Shown here one piece after another: positions 7,265 to 16,269 of a DNA stretch of 19,614 bases. The DNA comes from an uncultured archaeon (GTDB taxonomy: Archaea > Asgardarchaeota > Heimdallarchaeia > Heimdallarchaeales > Heimdallarchaeaceae). Under the pieces are notes generated by a model. It was not told where the DNA came from. It saw only the letters and a list, made by a program, of their open reading frames with translations, and did not search any database. The number at the start of each line of letters is the position of its first letter. The first letter of the stretch is position 1. The position numbers and the translations under genes are program-made. Location of the stretch: the NCBI GenBank assembly GCA_964534625.1, contig CAZHRF010000050.1, positions 1 to 19,614 of the forward strand, in the 5' to 3' direction.

Positions 7265-8590
7265 TTACTTCGTTTTTGATTGGGAAAAACTATAATGTAC
7301 CTCACCCAACAATATTCCAAAAGGATTGGTTTTTCTATCAAACAAGAATTGTATACTTCGTAAAATCCATTCATAGGTAAATATAAAACCTAATTTCTCC
7401 CATACTCTCATTATCAGCTCCCAGTAGACAAATGCAATCACCATAAAAAACAAAATCTGGATGATATTCCACGCTAAGTATGGGGTATTTTCATTAAGCC
7501 TTACTGATATCCCCCAAACTTGGCTAAATGAGGAATACAGTAGTCGAGAGATTTTTGAATCAAAAGTATAAATAGTTAAAGAGATAACGCTATATCGGCG
7601 TATCCATTTAGTTTTTTCTATTAAACGTTTTTTATTGAGATGGGTATTAAAATCAAATGTTTTCAAGAAAAGAGAAAATCCTCCCATCATTAATGCTATG
7701 TTTACAAATTGCAATTCAGTAGAAATATCTTCAGAAGCATAATTAACAAGGTGGGATACATCAATAATTGTTAAAATGGAAAAGAGATAGATCCCTATTC
7801 CAAGAATTATTAGTGTCATTTGTTTAATTCTAGTAAAAGAATACTTTCGATATAGCATCGTTCCATAACTCACTCCTATGAGCGAGAAAGCCATGGTTTG
7901 CATTAATTTAAACCTTCCTTGAGTAAATTTTGACAGAATATAGGCTTTTAGATTAAAACCTGTTATTGTTATATTCTCTAAAGCGCTTTGTCCTAAAATA
8001 ATGAATATGGGACTTATAATCAACAGAAGAAAAGAAAGAAAGATAAAAAGATAAACGGTCATACTCCCATCTTGAGTTTTATCCACATGTTGCAATATAA
8101 AATATAAATAAACACAAAAGATTCCCCCCCAAATAATAGAATCTAGAGCCTCAGCTTCATACATGTAACACCAGCTTATATGAAAAGTATACTTGGGGTT
8201 TAGTAAGGCTTTAAGACCCCAAGCAAATCTGTTTAAAATTATGATTAACGCACCAATAAATGTTTTATTAACTAAATAAATGATCTGTCTTTTGCTGTTC
8301 TCCTTACCTATTTTGTTTAGTTTAATAACTATCCCTAACACATACAGAAAAGTAAATACAGTCCCCCACATTGAAAGAATAAATAATGGAATAAGAATGA
8401 TCATCACATAAAAAGGCGCATTACTAAAAATAATCCCGGCTAATTCATAATTTGTCTGTCCTATTTGTTGCACTAGAACATGAACAAGTACCATCAGAAG
8501 AATAGCTATACCTTTAGCTATATCAACGGCTAAAAATCTTTTTGAGTAGAACCCATTTTCTTCTTGTGGTAAATCTTCTTGCATGGACAT
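7265..8590 (-). CDS. Polytopic membrane protein, HGSNAT-catalytic-domain/DUF1624-like putative acyltransferase
   Basis: N-terminal RFLAVDIAKGIAILLMVLVH motif, about 10-11 TM segments, SLTIY and C-terminal TYEWILR motifs. The ORF is open from 8623; ATG 8590 is preferred because TTTTATAT (8620-8613) looks like its TATA box. Confidence 0.75.
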   Translation of the reverse strand: MSMQEDLPQEENGFYSKRFLAVDIAKGIAILLMVLVHVLVQQIGQTNYELAGIIFSNAPFYVMIILIPLFILSMWGTVFTFLYVLGIVIKLNKIGKENSKRQIIYLVNKTFIGALIIILNRFAWGLKALLNPKYTFHISWCYMYEAEALDSIIWGGIFCVYLYFILQHVDKTQDGSMTVYLFIFLSFLLLIISPIFIILGQSALENITITGFNLKAYILSKFTQGRFKLMQTMAFSLIGVSYGTMLYRKYSFTRIKQMTLIILGIGIYLFSILTIIDVSHLVNYASEDISTELQFVNIALMMGGFSLFLKTFDFNTHLNKKRLIEKTKWIRRYSVISLTIYTFDSKISRLLYSSFSQVWGISVRLNENTPYLAWNIIQILFFMVIAFVYWELIMRVWEKLGFIFTYEWILRSIQFLFDRKTNPFGILLGEVHYSFSQSKTK

Positions 8591-8899
8591 ATACCTTATT
8601 GTATGAAGATAAATATAAAACATTCTCTTAGAAGAGAATTTAATTCGTTATTATTATTTTTATTTTATTTTAGTTTGGTACATTGTCCACTTAAAAATAA
8701 AAGATAAAATGAGCTAGCACATTACTCTCTTGCTGTTTATTCCTTATCGTTGGTTTTAATGACTCTTTATTCATTCATTTGAATACACTTGTTTTTGAAA
8801 AATAGCCCATTGATTTGATTAATTCAGACACAAGAAACTTGATATTGGAATCTATTTGTAAACAATAATAGATAAATAAACATCTACTGTACATCTCTT

Positions 8900-10021
8900 A
8901 TGAGCTCCCAAGAGAGTACTGTAAACGAGATAAATCAAGCTCTCATAACTACTTTATCTGCCCAAAAAGAAATTAGTCTTATTCTTTTATATGGCTCACG
9001 CGCGAAAGGAACCCATTCACCAAAATCTGATGTGGAATATATTGTAGTGCTTGAAACTAATAGGGGAAATAAACTATCTTTTGAATGCATCTACAAAGGT
9101 ATTCCTGTTTCACTTTTCAGTATCTCATGGGAACAATTAAACAAAATAGCTAGTAGAGACGAGTATTGGATCTTACCAGCAGGTTCGTATGTTAGTGCTA
9201 AAGTTATTTATTCCAGATCGGAAGATGATTTAGCATGTTTTAAAGAATTTCAAACAAATCTTGGATTTCAAGAAAGATTTGAGAGTAAGCATTTAGATAA
9301 CGCTCTTCATTCTTACGATAAACTGACCAATGCATTAGGACAAATGCTTATAGCTAAACGTAATGGTGATATAAGAGAAGCGCGTAAAGCAGGTTGGGAG
9401 TTATTAATAGCTGCTTCATTTATTGTAGGGCATATCAACCAGAGATACTATCTAAATAACTGGGGAGATAATTTATACGAGGCTTTTGAATTTCAAAGCA
9501 TACCCCACAATTTTAAACAACTTACGAATATCATCTCGCATATTGCAGACATTGAGTTGATGTTACAATCTGCTGTAGAGCTAGTTAATGGGTTAAGAAT
9601 GTTATTGATAGATAAATTGGAGGGCAAAGAAGCTAATGATGCACATGAACTTGAAATCCTCAAACCTAATAGTACAGATGCACTTTCATATAATAATAAA
9701 ATTAGAAAAGCTGCTCAAAAAGAAGATATAATAGCTGCTAGCTATGCTGTTCATGATTTCCAGATATTAATGGTACGAGACTTATTAAAGCAAAGTAACA
9801 AGTGGGATAAAGCATCCAAGCTTCGTCTCTATTCTGATTTAATGACTGAATATATGCAACAAGGCTTTCCTGATTTCAATCATCTCATTTCTCAAAGAGA
9901 TTTCAAGAAAATGTTAGAAGTAACAGATCGGGTAGAAAAAGAGTTAGAGGCTTTGTATAATCCTGATCATCAAATAAATGAATATGGGCAGTTTTTAGCA
10001 TTTATTAACAACACTATATAA
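8900..10021 (+). CDS. Pol-beta superfamily nucleotidyltransferase, kanamycin nucleotidyltransferase (KNTase)-like
   Basis: LYGSRAKGTHSPKSDVEY (GS...SDxE) catalytic motif followed by an all-helical C-terminal region; substrate unknown. Confidence 0.75.
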   Translation: MSSQESTVNEINQALITTLSAQKEISLILLYGSRAKGTHSPKSDVEYIVVLETNRGNKLSFECIYKGIPVSLFSISWEQLNKIASRDEYWILPAGSYVSAKVIYSRSEDDLACFKEFQTNLGFQERFESKHLDNALHSYDKLTNALGQMLIAKRNGDIREARKAGWELLIAASFIVGHINQRYYLNNWGDNLYEAFEFQSIPHNFKQLTNIISHIADIELMLQSAVELVNGLRMLLIDKLEGKEANDAHELEILKPNSTDALSYNNKIRKAAQKEDIIAASYAVHDFQILMVRDLLKQSNKWDKASKLRLYSDLMTEYMQQGFPDFNHLISQRDFKKMLEVTDRVEKELEALYNPDHQINEYGQFLAFINNTI

Positions 10022-10387
10022 AAATTAACCTTGTATTTTAATAGTACTTTGGAATTAATAGTTCTGCACAACAAAAGTGGTACGTTTTTCACCCCTATGA
10101 AAAGATGAAGGAGAACTGTTAGTGTGGTGTTTCATAAAATCCAAGTTTTGTTTGAAATTGTTTACTTTCTTTACATAAGCGTGCCTGCGTTTCTCTATTA
10201 GTCTAATCTAAAGAGGGGATGAAACACTTACCAAAAGTGTAGGTGAATTTGGAAAAAAATGATCTCATTTTAAATTACTTATAATAGGTCTAAATTGTTT
10301 TTTAGAATAATTCACATATATTTGACTCTATTCAAGAAGTACTACTTAATGAGAATAGTTTTTAAAGGGTAGACTTTCTCTATTTAT

Positions 10388-12058
10388 TTGATAAATATGG
10401 TATTTCTTAGACGGTTTAGAAACATTTTCAGAAGAATCAAACAAAGAAAGATAGAATGGGTATATATTGATCTAGTACAATCGCTACCCGAACGACCAGC
10501 TCCCCCAAGAAACTTTTTTATGAAACGAGTACTGCCCGAACCCAAACCAACGATTAGTTTTCTAAGAAAGCTAATGTTACGATTATCTACAGTTAAGAAT
10601 GTTAAAGGAGTTATAATACATTTTAGAGATGAACAGTTAGGCAATGCTAGAATTCAAAGCATTAGAAAAATTTTAGCTGACTTTAAAGCCACAGGTAAGA
10701 AAGTTATTGCCTATGCAAATAGTTATTCTTTTCTGGATTATTATGTTGCAACAGTAGCAGATGAAATATATATTCAACCTGGTGGATCAATTAATCTAGT
10801 TGGCGTTGAAATGAATAAAATGTTTCTCAAGGATTTGCTGGATAATCATAAGATTAAATTTGATGCGTTACCCATATCTCCTTACAAATCCGCTGCTGAT
10901 ACTTTTACCAGAGATACTATATCAGAAGAAGATAGAGAACAATATGAAGCTATAGTCGAAACAGTTTTTGAAGAGGTTATAGAGGCGATAATGGAAAAAA
11001 TAGGCAAATCAAGAGAGGAAGTTATAAAACTAATAGATAATGCCCCCTATATTGATACAAAAGCCAAAAAGTTGGGGTTAATAGAAGATTCAATTTCCAA
11101 TGAAGAACTTGCAACAGTCGTTAAAGAGGAAGAGAATAAAAAAGGACCCAAAATCTATTCATGGGATCAAGTTAAAGATATGCTTGTTATACCTAAATCT
11201 GGTCCAAGAAACAACCAGATAGCGATTATTAGTATTCTTGGTCCAATAGTTGATGGCGAATCTAAAAGACCTCCAATGAAATTTCCGATACCTATATTTG
11301 GTAGTGCTCAATCAGGTGATCATACCGAAGTGGCTAAAATACGCAAAGCGATGAATAATAGGAATGTAAAAGCGGTTGTGTTAGAAGTTAATTCTCCTGG
11401 TGGTTCAGCTGAAGCTTCTGAAGCAATACGATCTGCCACTAAAGAACTGACTAAAAAGAAACCTCTTGTCGCTTATTTTAATGACGTATCCGCTTCAGGA
11501 GGATATTATGTGAGTACAGGAGCCAACTATGTGGTAGCTCAACCTATGACTTTAACAGGTTCAATAGGTGTTATACTAGGTAAAATGGTTTTAGATGACG
11601 CTTTAGATAAAAAGGGCATTAAAAAGTCCTATATCCGTATGGGTAAACATGCTGGAATGTTTAGTCCTGATGATACCTTTTCTGAATCAGAAAAAGCATT
11701 GTTAAAGGAGCACTTACATAATATCTATGATAATTTCGTTGATCATGTGGCTGAATTGATAGATAAGAAACCAGAAGAATTTGAGCATCATTGCAGAGGA
11801 CGAGTGTGGTCAGGTAAGGATGCGCATACGATTGGTTTGGTTAATGAGCTTGGAGATCTTGATACAGCAATAAAAAAAGCTGCAGAATTAGCTGGATTAG
11901 GCAAAAAATATTGTGTTACTGATATCTATGAACCAGATAGTTCAGTTCCAATTTGTGAAGAAGATGGAACTATTAAATTTTCACTTAAGGAGTGGTTAAA
12001 ACCATTTACAAAGACAAATACATGGTATCTGATGCCTGAAGAAATAGAGATTAACTAA
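10388..12058 (+). CDS. sppA: Signal peptide peptidase SppA, long tandem-domain type (peptidase S49)
   Basis: Two S49 domains; catalytic Lys motif YKSA; VNSPGGS, catalytic Ser motif SASGGYY, TGSIGV, GRVWSG..A...GLV.ELG. Start is TTG 10388 or ATG 10397. Confidence 0.93.
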   Translation: MINMVFLRRFRNIFRRIKQRKIEWVYIDLVQSLPERPAPPRNFFMKRVLPEPKPTISFLRKLMLRLSTVKNVKGVIIHFRDEQLGNARIQSIRKILADFKATGKKVIAYANSYSFLDYYVATVADEIYIQPGGSINLVGVEMNKMFLKDLLDNHKIKFDALPISPYKSAADTFTRDTISEEDREQYEAIVETVFEEVIEAIMEKIGKSREEVIKLIDNAPYIDTKAKKLGLIEDSISNEELATVVKEEENKKGPKIYSWDQVKDMLVIPKSGPRNNQIAIISILGPIVDGESKRPPMKFPIPIFGSAQSGDHTEVAKIRKAMNNRNVKAVVLEVNSPGGSAEASEAIRSATKELTKKKPLVAYFNDVSASGGYYVSTGANYVVAQPMTLTGSIGVILGKMVLDDALDKKGIKKSYIRMGKHAGMFSPDDTFSESEKALLKEHLHNIYDNFVDHVAELIDKKPEEFEHHCRGRVWSGKDAHTIGLVNELGDLDTAIKKAAELAGLGKKYCVTDIYEPDSSVPICEEDGTIKFSLKEWLKPFTKTNTWYLMPEEIEIN

Positions 12059-12110
12059 TTAATAAGTAAGTTTGTAAATCTCTTTTACTGGTTATAAGAA
12101 AATAATTAAT

Positions 12111-12129
12111 CTCTTTTTCTTTTTTTGTT
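12111..12129 (+). terminator. Putative oligo-T terminator of sppA
   Basis: CTCTTTTTCTTTTTTTGTT about 55 nt after the stop codon. Confidence 0.35.
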
Positions 12130-12357
12130 ACCTTAAGGTTTTTAGATGGATCTAAACCGTCTATCATTCTGGATTGTCCTTTTGAAAAGTCTTGTAGTTA
12201 AATAGGAGGTTGTGATGCTCAATCTAAAGTCTGTAAAGGAAGATAGTGTATAAAGAAGAAGAACTGAAAAAAATAGTGTGCAATACTTACTCAAATTATT
12301 TCTTAAGAAGTTCGACAACTCAACTCAACTAAAAAAAGAAGAAGAGAAAGTATTTCT

Positions 12358-15300
12358 TCAATTTCTTTTAGTTGTACTGTATTTTATTAGAGCAATACTG
12401 ATTATCGATATACCAATGATCACTACGTGGATAAATGAAATGGATTTTGTTAATTCTTCTTCATTTTCATCATCAGGGAGATCATCATCGTCATCCTTAG
12501 TTTCTTCTAGGGGACTAATTGTTAAATTGATTATATCACTTTCCGCTGTATTCTCTGCAGTATCTGTAGCTACAATATAAAAGTCTACTACAGTACCCGC
12601 TTCTAAAGGTCCAATGGTTACTGAATAGGTTGATTCATCTTCAGAAGACATACTAAGGTTCTGCCATGAACCGCTATTCGTCCTATAGATTAAAAGCACA
12701 GTGTCCACTTTAACATTATCTTCTACTATAGCGGTTACAGTTATTTCATCATCTTCATGTGGATTTTCTGGCATATAGTTTATGTTACTTATTACTGGCG
12801 GTATGTCGTCTAGTATAGTTAAAGAGATTATATCGCTTTCCGCTGTATTCTCTGCAGTATCTGTAGCTACAATATAAAAGTCTACTACAGTACCCGCTTC
12901 TAAAGGTCCAATGGTTACTGAATAGGTTGATTCATCTTCAGAAGACATACTAAGGTTCTGCCATGAACCGCTATTCGTCCTATAGATTAAAAGCGCAGTG
13001 TCCACTTTAACATTATCTTCTACTGTAGCGGTTACAGTTATTTCATCATCTTCATGTGGACTTTCTGGTATATAGTTTATGTTACTTATTACTGGCGGTA
13101 TGTCTTCTACTATAGGATAAAGATCCTCTGAACCAGCTGAACCATCAATAGAATATGAGCCAGAACCTGACCAATCAGACCATAAATTCCCTCGCTCAAG
13201 TGTCTCATTGTACCATGTATTATTTTCCCCACTATCATATGCTTGAGAGGAGCTTCCCCCATTATCAACAAAGAGATTATTGTAAATGGTAGCCTCTATT
13301 CCTGAATCTATGTAGATACCATAGTTTGAGTTATCGTAAATATTATTGCTAGTAATAATGTTGCTATCTGCTTCGTTTAAATAAATTCCATACAAATTCA
13401 TTAGTAATGAGTTATTGATTATAGTGTTATGGTTAGAAGTCCATAACCCCATTCCAATTTCTTCATGATTGGTGATTGTGTTGTTACTAAAAATATTTGT
13501 TGTTGATGAATCGCCTATATTGAAACCACGCCAGTTATCTGATAAAGTGTTATTAGTTATAGTATTGTTGCCAACATTCCATAAACCCATTCCTATTTCT
13601 TCATGATTGGTGATTGTGTTATTAGTAAAAATGTTTGATACACACCCATCTCCAATGTTAAAACCTCTCATATTGTTAGACAAAAGATTACTAACTATCG
13701 AATTTGTCTCTGCATTCCACATCCCTATTCCAATCTCGTGATTATTCTTAATTGTATTATTCTCGATAAGATTAGAGAAAGAATTATTTTCTAGTATCAT
13801 ACCATAATCATTTATGTCAATAGTATTAGATTCAATAATACTGTCTGAAGCATCAGATAAATATATCCCAATCCAATTATTAGTGATTTTATTATTAATG
13901 ATTTGTCCATTACTAACCGAGGTTAAGTTTATCCCTATACCACTCCCATAGACAAAATTCTCTATTTCACAATTTTCTATAACGAAATGTGCATCAGTAT
14001 TCGTGATTTTTATTCTTGCTGTTCCGGTATATGAGATATAATAACCTTGAATTCTGTAAGGATCTTCTTGTGTTCCTGTTCCTGGAAAACCATACTTTAA
14101 ACTGAAATCATCGTTGCTTTCAATTATTATTGGGTCAGTAATCATTAAATCCGTTACCTTGACATTTGTAATAATAAGATTATTTTTTATATATTCTTCA
14201 TCTGGAACAGGCTCAACATAAGCAGTTATATTGTAAATAGAAGTATCAGATGGTGTCCATTCATAGGTTAGGGTGTAATTTTCCTTAGGTTCCAAACTTT
14301 CAATGATTACACTCTCGACCATCACTTCATTGATATATAGATACATTTCCACATTATTTTCTGTATGGAGACCATTGTTGATTGTTGTTGTATTTAATAA
14401 CAAGGTTTCTCCAAATTTGCTAATTGTATCGACTTCAAGCTGTATAAAGAGATCATGTTCTGGGAATCCTTCCATTGCCCTTGAAGCATTAATTCTCCCA
14501 TGCCCAAATTGTACATCAAACCCTTCTGGACCAAGATCATCAGCAGTTAGATAAAGTAATTCTGTAACTTGTTCTGATGTATAATGGGAGAATTCACTCA
14601 TAATAAGAGCAATAAGTCCCGATACATGAGGAGTAGCCATAGAAGTACCGCTTAAATAATCGTAATTATTTCCCGGTATTGTGGAAAGAATATTTACTCC
14701 GGGAGCAGCAACAGCTATTTCTTCTCCATAATTGGAAAATGAAGCCAAATTATCTTCTTGATCAGTAGCACTCACAGCTATTACATCGGGCAAATTGGCA
14801 GGAAAACTTACTGGACCACCATAATCATTACCTGCTGCAGCTACAACGATACTTCCATTATTAACCGCATTAGTAACCGCATCAGCTATTATTTGAGAGT
14901 AACTACCTCCACCCCAACTATTACTAATGACATGAGCACCTTGCTCTGCAGCATGATCTATTGCAGCAGCTGCGTTAATATCACCAGTGTAATTCCCATC
15001 TCCATTGAATATTTTCTCGGCAAAAATAGAAACATTAGCGACACCAGCTATACCTAGACCATTGTTAATAATTGCTGCTACTGTACCAGCACAATGAGTA
15101 CCATGATAATGATCATCAAATGGATCATTGTCATCATTATACCAATCATAACCAATATCCAGATATGCATCTGCTAAATCTTCGTGGTTATAATCAATTC
15201 CAGTATCAACAATAGCCACACGAATGCTTCTATTACCAGTATTGACTTCCCAAGCATCTTCTAGGCCTATTAACTGCGGACCCCACTGATTATGCCAACT

Positions 15301-15939
15301 AGGATCATTAGGTGTAAAAAGAAGTGAACGATATTGATGAGGCTCTAGATAATCAAAACCTAAAATATCTTCAAGTTGTGATTGTAACTGATCAACTAGC
15401 CCTATAGGGACTTTTACTACATATGCATCTAATCTACTCTGATTTATTACAATTTCTGCTTCAACATTATTCAAAACCATCTCGAAGTAATTTATATCAA
15501 AGTTTTTGTCTACTTTTATAACTACTTCAATAGCATTATCCACTATTTTCATGATGGGTGAATTGCTGAACGAGTTTTGAGCAACAGAATAGTGATTTGG
15601 TTCATAGTAGTAATAATCAGAACCAGGTTGTGTGATCTGAAAATACTCCTTTTTTGGGCTAAAGCTGTTTTTATAGTTATAAATTGTTTGACCAAAATTA
15701 CTGGAAGAATAGTTAACTTTTATATTCTTTTCACTCAAATTTGATTGTTCATATTTTTTCCCCCTACTTATCTCTTCATGCGTATATTGTTGATTATTAA
15801 AATAATCGTAAAAAAAGGCAGTAGGCTCTGATATGTCCTTACTTGACTGAGTTTTTCCACCTGAAAAAAAACTGGTGGAAAAAACAGTTGATGCAAGTAT
15901 TATAGCTATTACAATTAAGCTAATCTTTTTTTGTTTCAT
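12358..15939 (-). CDS. Cell-surface subtilisin-like serine protease (S8) with propeptide, CARDB-like domain, NosD/CASH-like beta-helix, two Ig-like repeats and C-terminal TM anchor
   Basis: Signal peptide; catalytic motifs IVDTG, HGTHCAG, GTSMATPHV and oxyanion AAAGN; NNTI..N..GI beta-helix repeats; duplicated 99-aa beta-sandwich; acidic linker, TM helix and basic tail. Confidence 0.93.
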   Translation of the reverse strand: MKQKKISLIVIAIILASTVFSTSFFSGGKTQSSKDISEPTAFFYDYFNNQQYTHEEISRGKKYEQSNLSEKNIKVNYSSSNFGQTIYNYKNSFSPKKEYFQITQPGSDYYYYEPNHYSVAQNSFSNSPIMKIVDNAIEVVIKVDKNFDINYFEMVLNNVEAEIVINQSRLDAYVVKVPIGLVDQLQSQLEDILGFDYLEPHQYRSLLFTPNDPSWHNQWGPQLIGLEDAWEVNTGNRSIRVAIVDTGIDYNHEDLADAYLDIGYDWYNDDNDPFDDHYHGTHCAGTVAAIINNGLGIAGVANVSIFAEKIFNGDGNYTGDINAAAAIDHAAEQGAHVISNSWGGGSYSQIIADAVTNAVNNGSIVVAAAGNDYGGPVSFPANLPDVIAVSATDQEDNLASFSNYGEEIAVAAPGVNILSTIPGNNYDYLSGTSMATPHVSGLIALIMSEFSHYTSEQVTELLYLTADDLGPEGFDVQFGHGRINASRAMEGFPEHDLFIQLEVDTISKFGETLLLNTTTINNGLHTENNVEMYLYINEVMVESVIIESLEPKENYTLTYEWTPSDTSIYNITAYVEPVPDEEYIKNNLIITNVKVTDLMITDPIIIESNDDFSLKYGFPGTGTQEDPYRIQGYYISYTGTARIKITNTDAHFVIENCEIENFVYGSGIGINLTSVSNGQIINNKITNNWIGIYLSDASDSIIESNTIDINDYGMILENNSFSNLIENNTIKNNHEIGIGMWNAETNSIVSNLLSNNMRGFNIGDGCVSNIFTNNTITNHEEIGMGLWNVGNNTITNNTLSDNWRGFNIGDSSTTNIFSNNTITNHEEIGMGLWTSNHNTIINNSLLMNLYGIYLNEADSNIITSNNIYDNSNYGIYIDSGIEATIYNNLFVDNGGSSSQAYDSGENNTWYNETLERGNLWSDWSGSGSYSIDGSAGSEDLYPIVEDIPPVISNINYIPESPHEDDEITVTATVEDNVKVDTALLIYRTNSGSWQNLSMSSEDESTYSVTIGPLEAGTVVDFYIVATDTAENTAESDIISLTILDDIPPVISNINYMPENPHEDDEITVTAIVEDNVKVDTVLLIYRTNSGSWQNLSMSSEDESTYSVTIGPLEAGTVVDFYIVATDTAENTAESDIINLTISPLEETKDDDDDLPDDENEEELTKSISFIHVVIIGISIISIALIKYSTTKRN
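12529..13104. repeat. Intragenic tandem duplication, 297-bp period (99 aa)
   Basis: 12529-12807 versus 12826-13104: 279 nt aligned by eye, 5 mismatches, no gaps. Confidence 0.95.
13435..13770. repeat. Degenerate 138-bp (46-aa) periodic repeat in the beta-helix region
   Basis: NNTI(T/K)N..EIG(M/I)G(L/M)W occurs three times; matching nucleotide anchors at 13454, 13592 and 13730; TCATGATTGGTGATTGTGTT is identical at 13463 and 13601. Confidence 0.75.
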
Positions 15940-16269
15940 TGATCAGTCAGACTCCAATGTAATATTAAACTAAAATATAAAAAAGGTTTGGATAGTTAAA
16001 TTGCATGTTTAACACTATTCTAAAATCATTATAATTAACAATTAATAATAATCGATAATCGTTCAGAGTTAAAAGAAATTCATTCAATTCATAATCGCTT
16101 TTAATGCTGGTCCTATGATTTAGAAACCAGCTGGGGAAACTTAATTATTAATAAAAAGCTTATGTACCCCTTACTCTTTTGAAACAAGCTAAATTCACTA
16201 TTCCTTGATTTTATTAAGAATATAAATAATAGAAAAAAGGTTAGAAAAGGAAGAGATAGATTGTATATT

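Noticed and set aside
12529-13104. Near-identical repeat pair as a diversity-generating retroelement TR/VR
   Set aside because: The mismatches are not confined to adenines of one copy, both copies are in-frame domains of one protein, and no reverse transcriptase is present.
1413-14702. Avoidance of CCGG sites as evidence of restriction pressure
   Set aside because: At least five CCGG sites were seen (1413, 8436, 14024, 14673, 14699). The count is not exhaustive and the window is too small; a genome-wide Markov-corrected count is needed.
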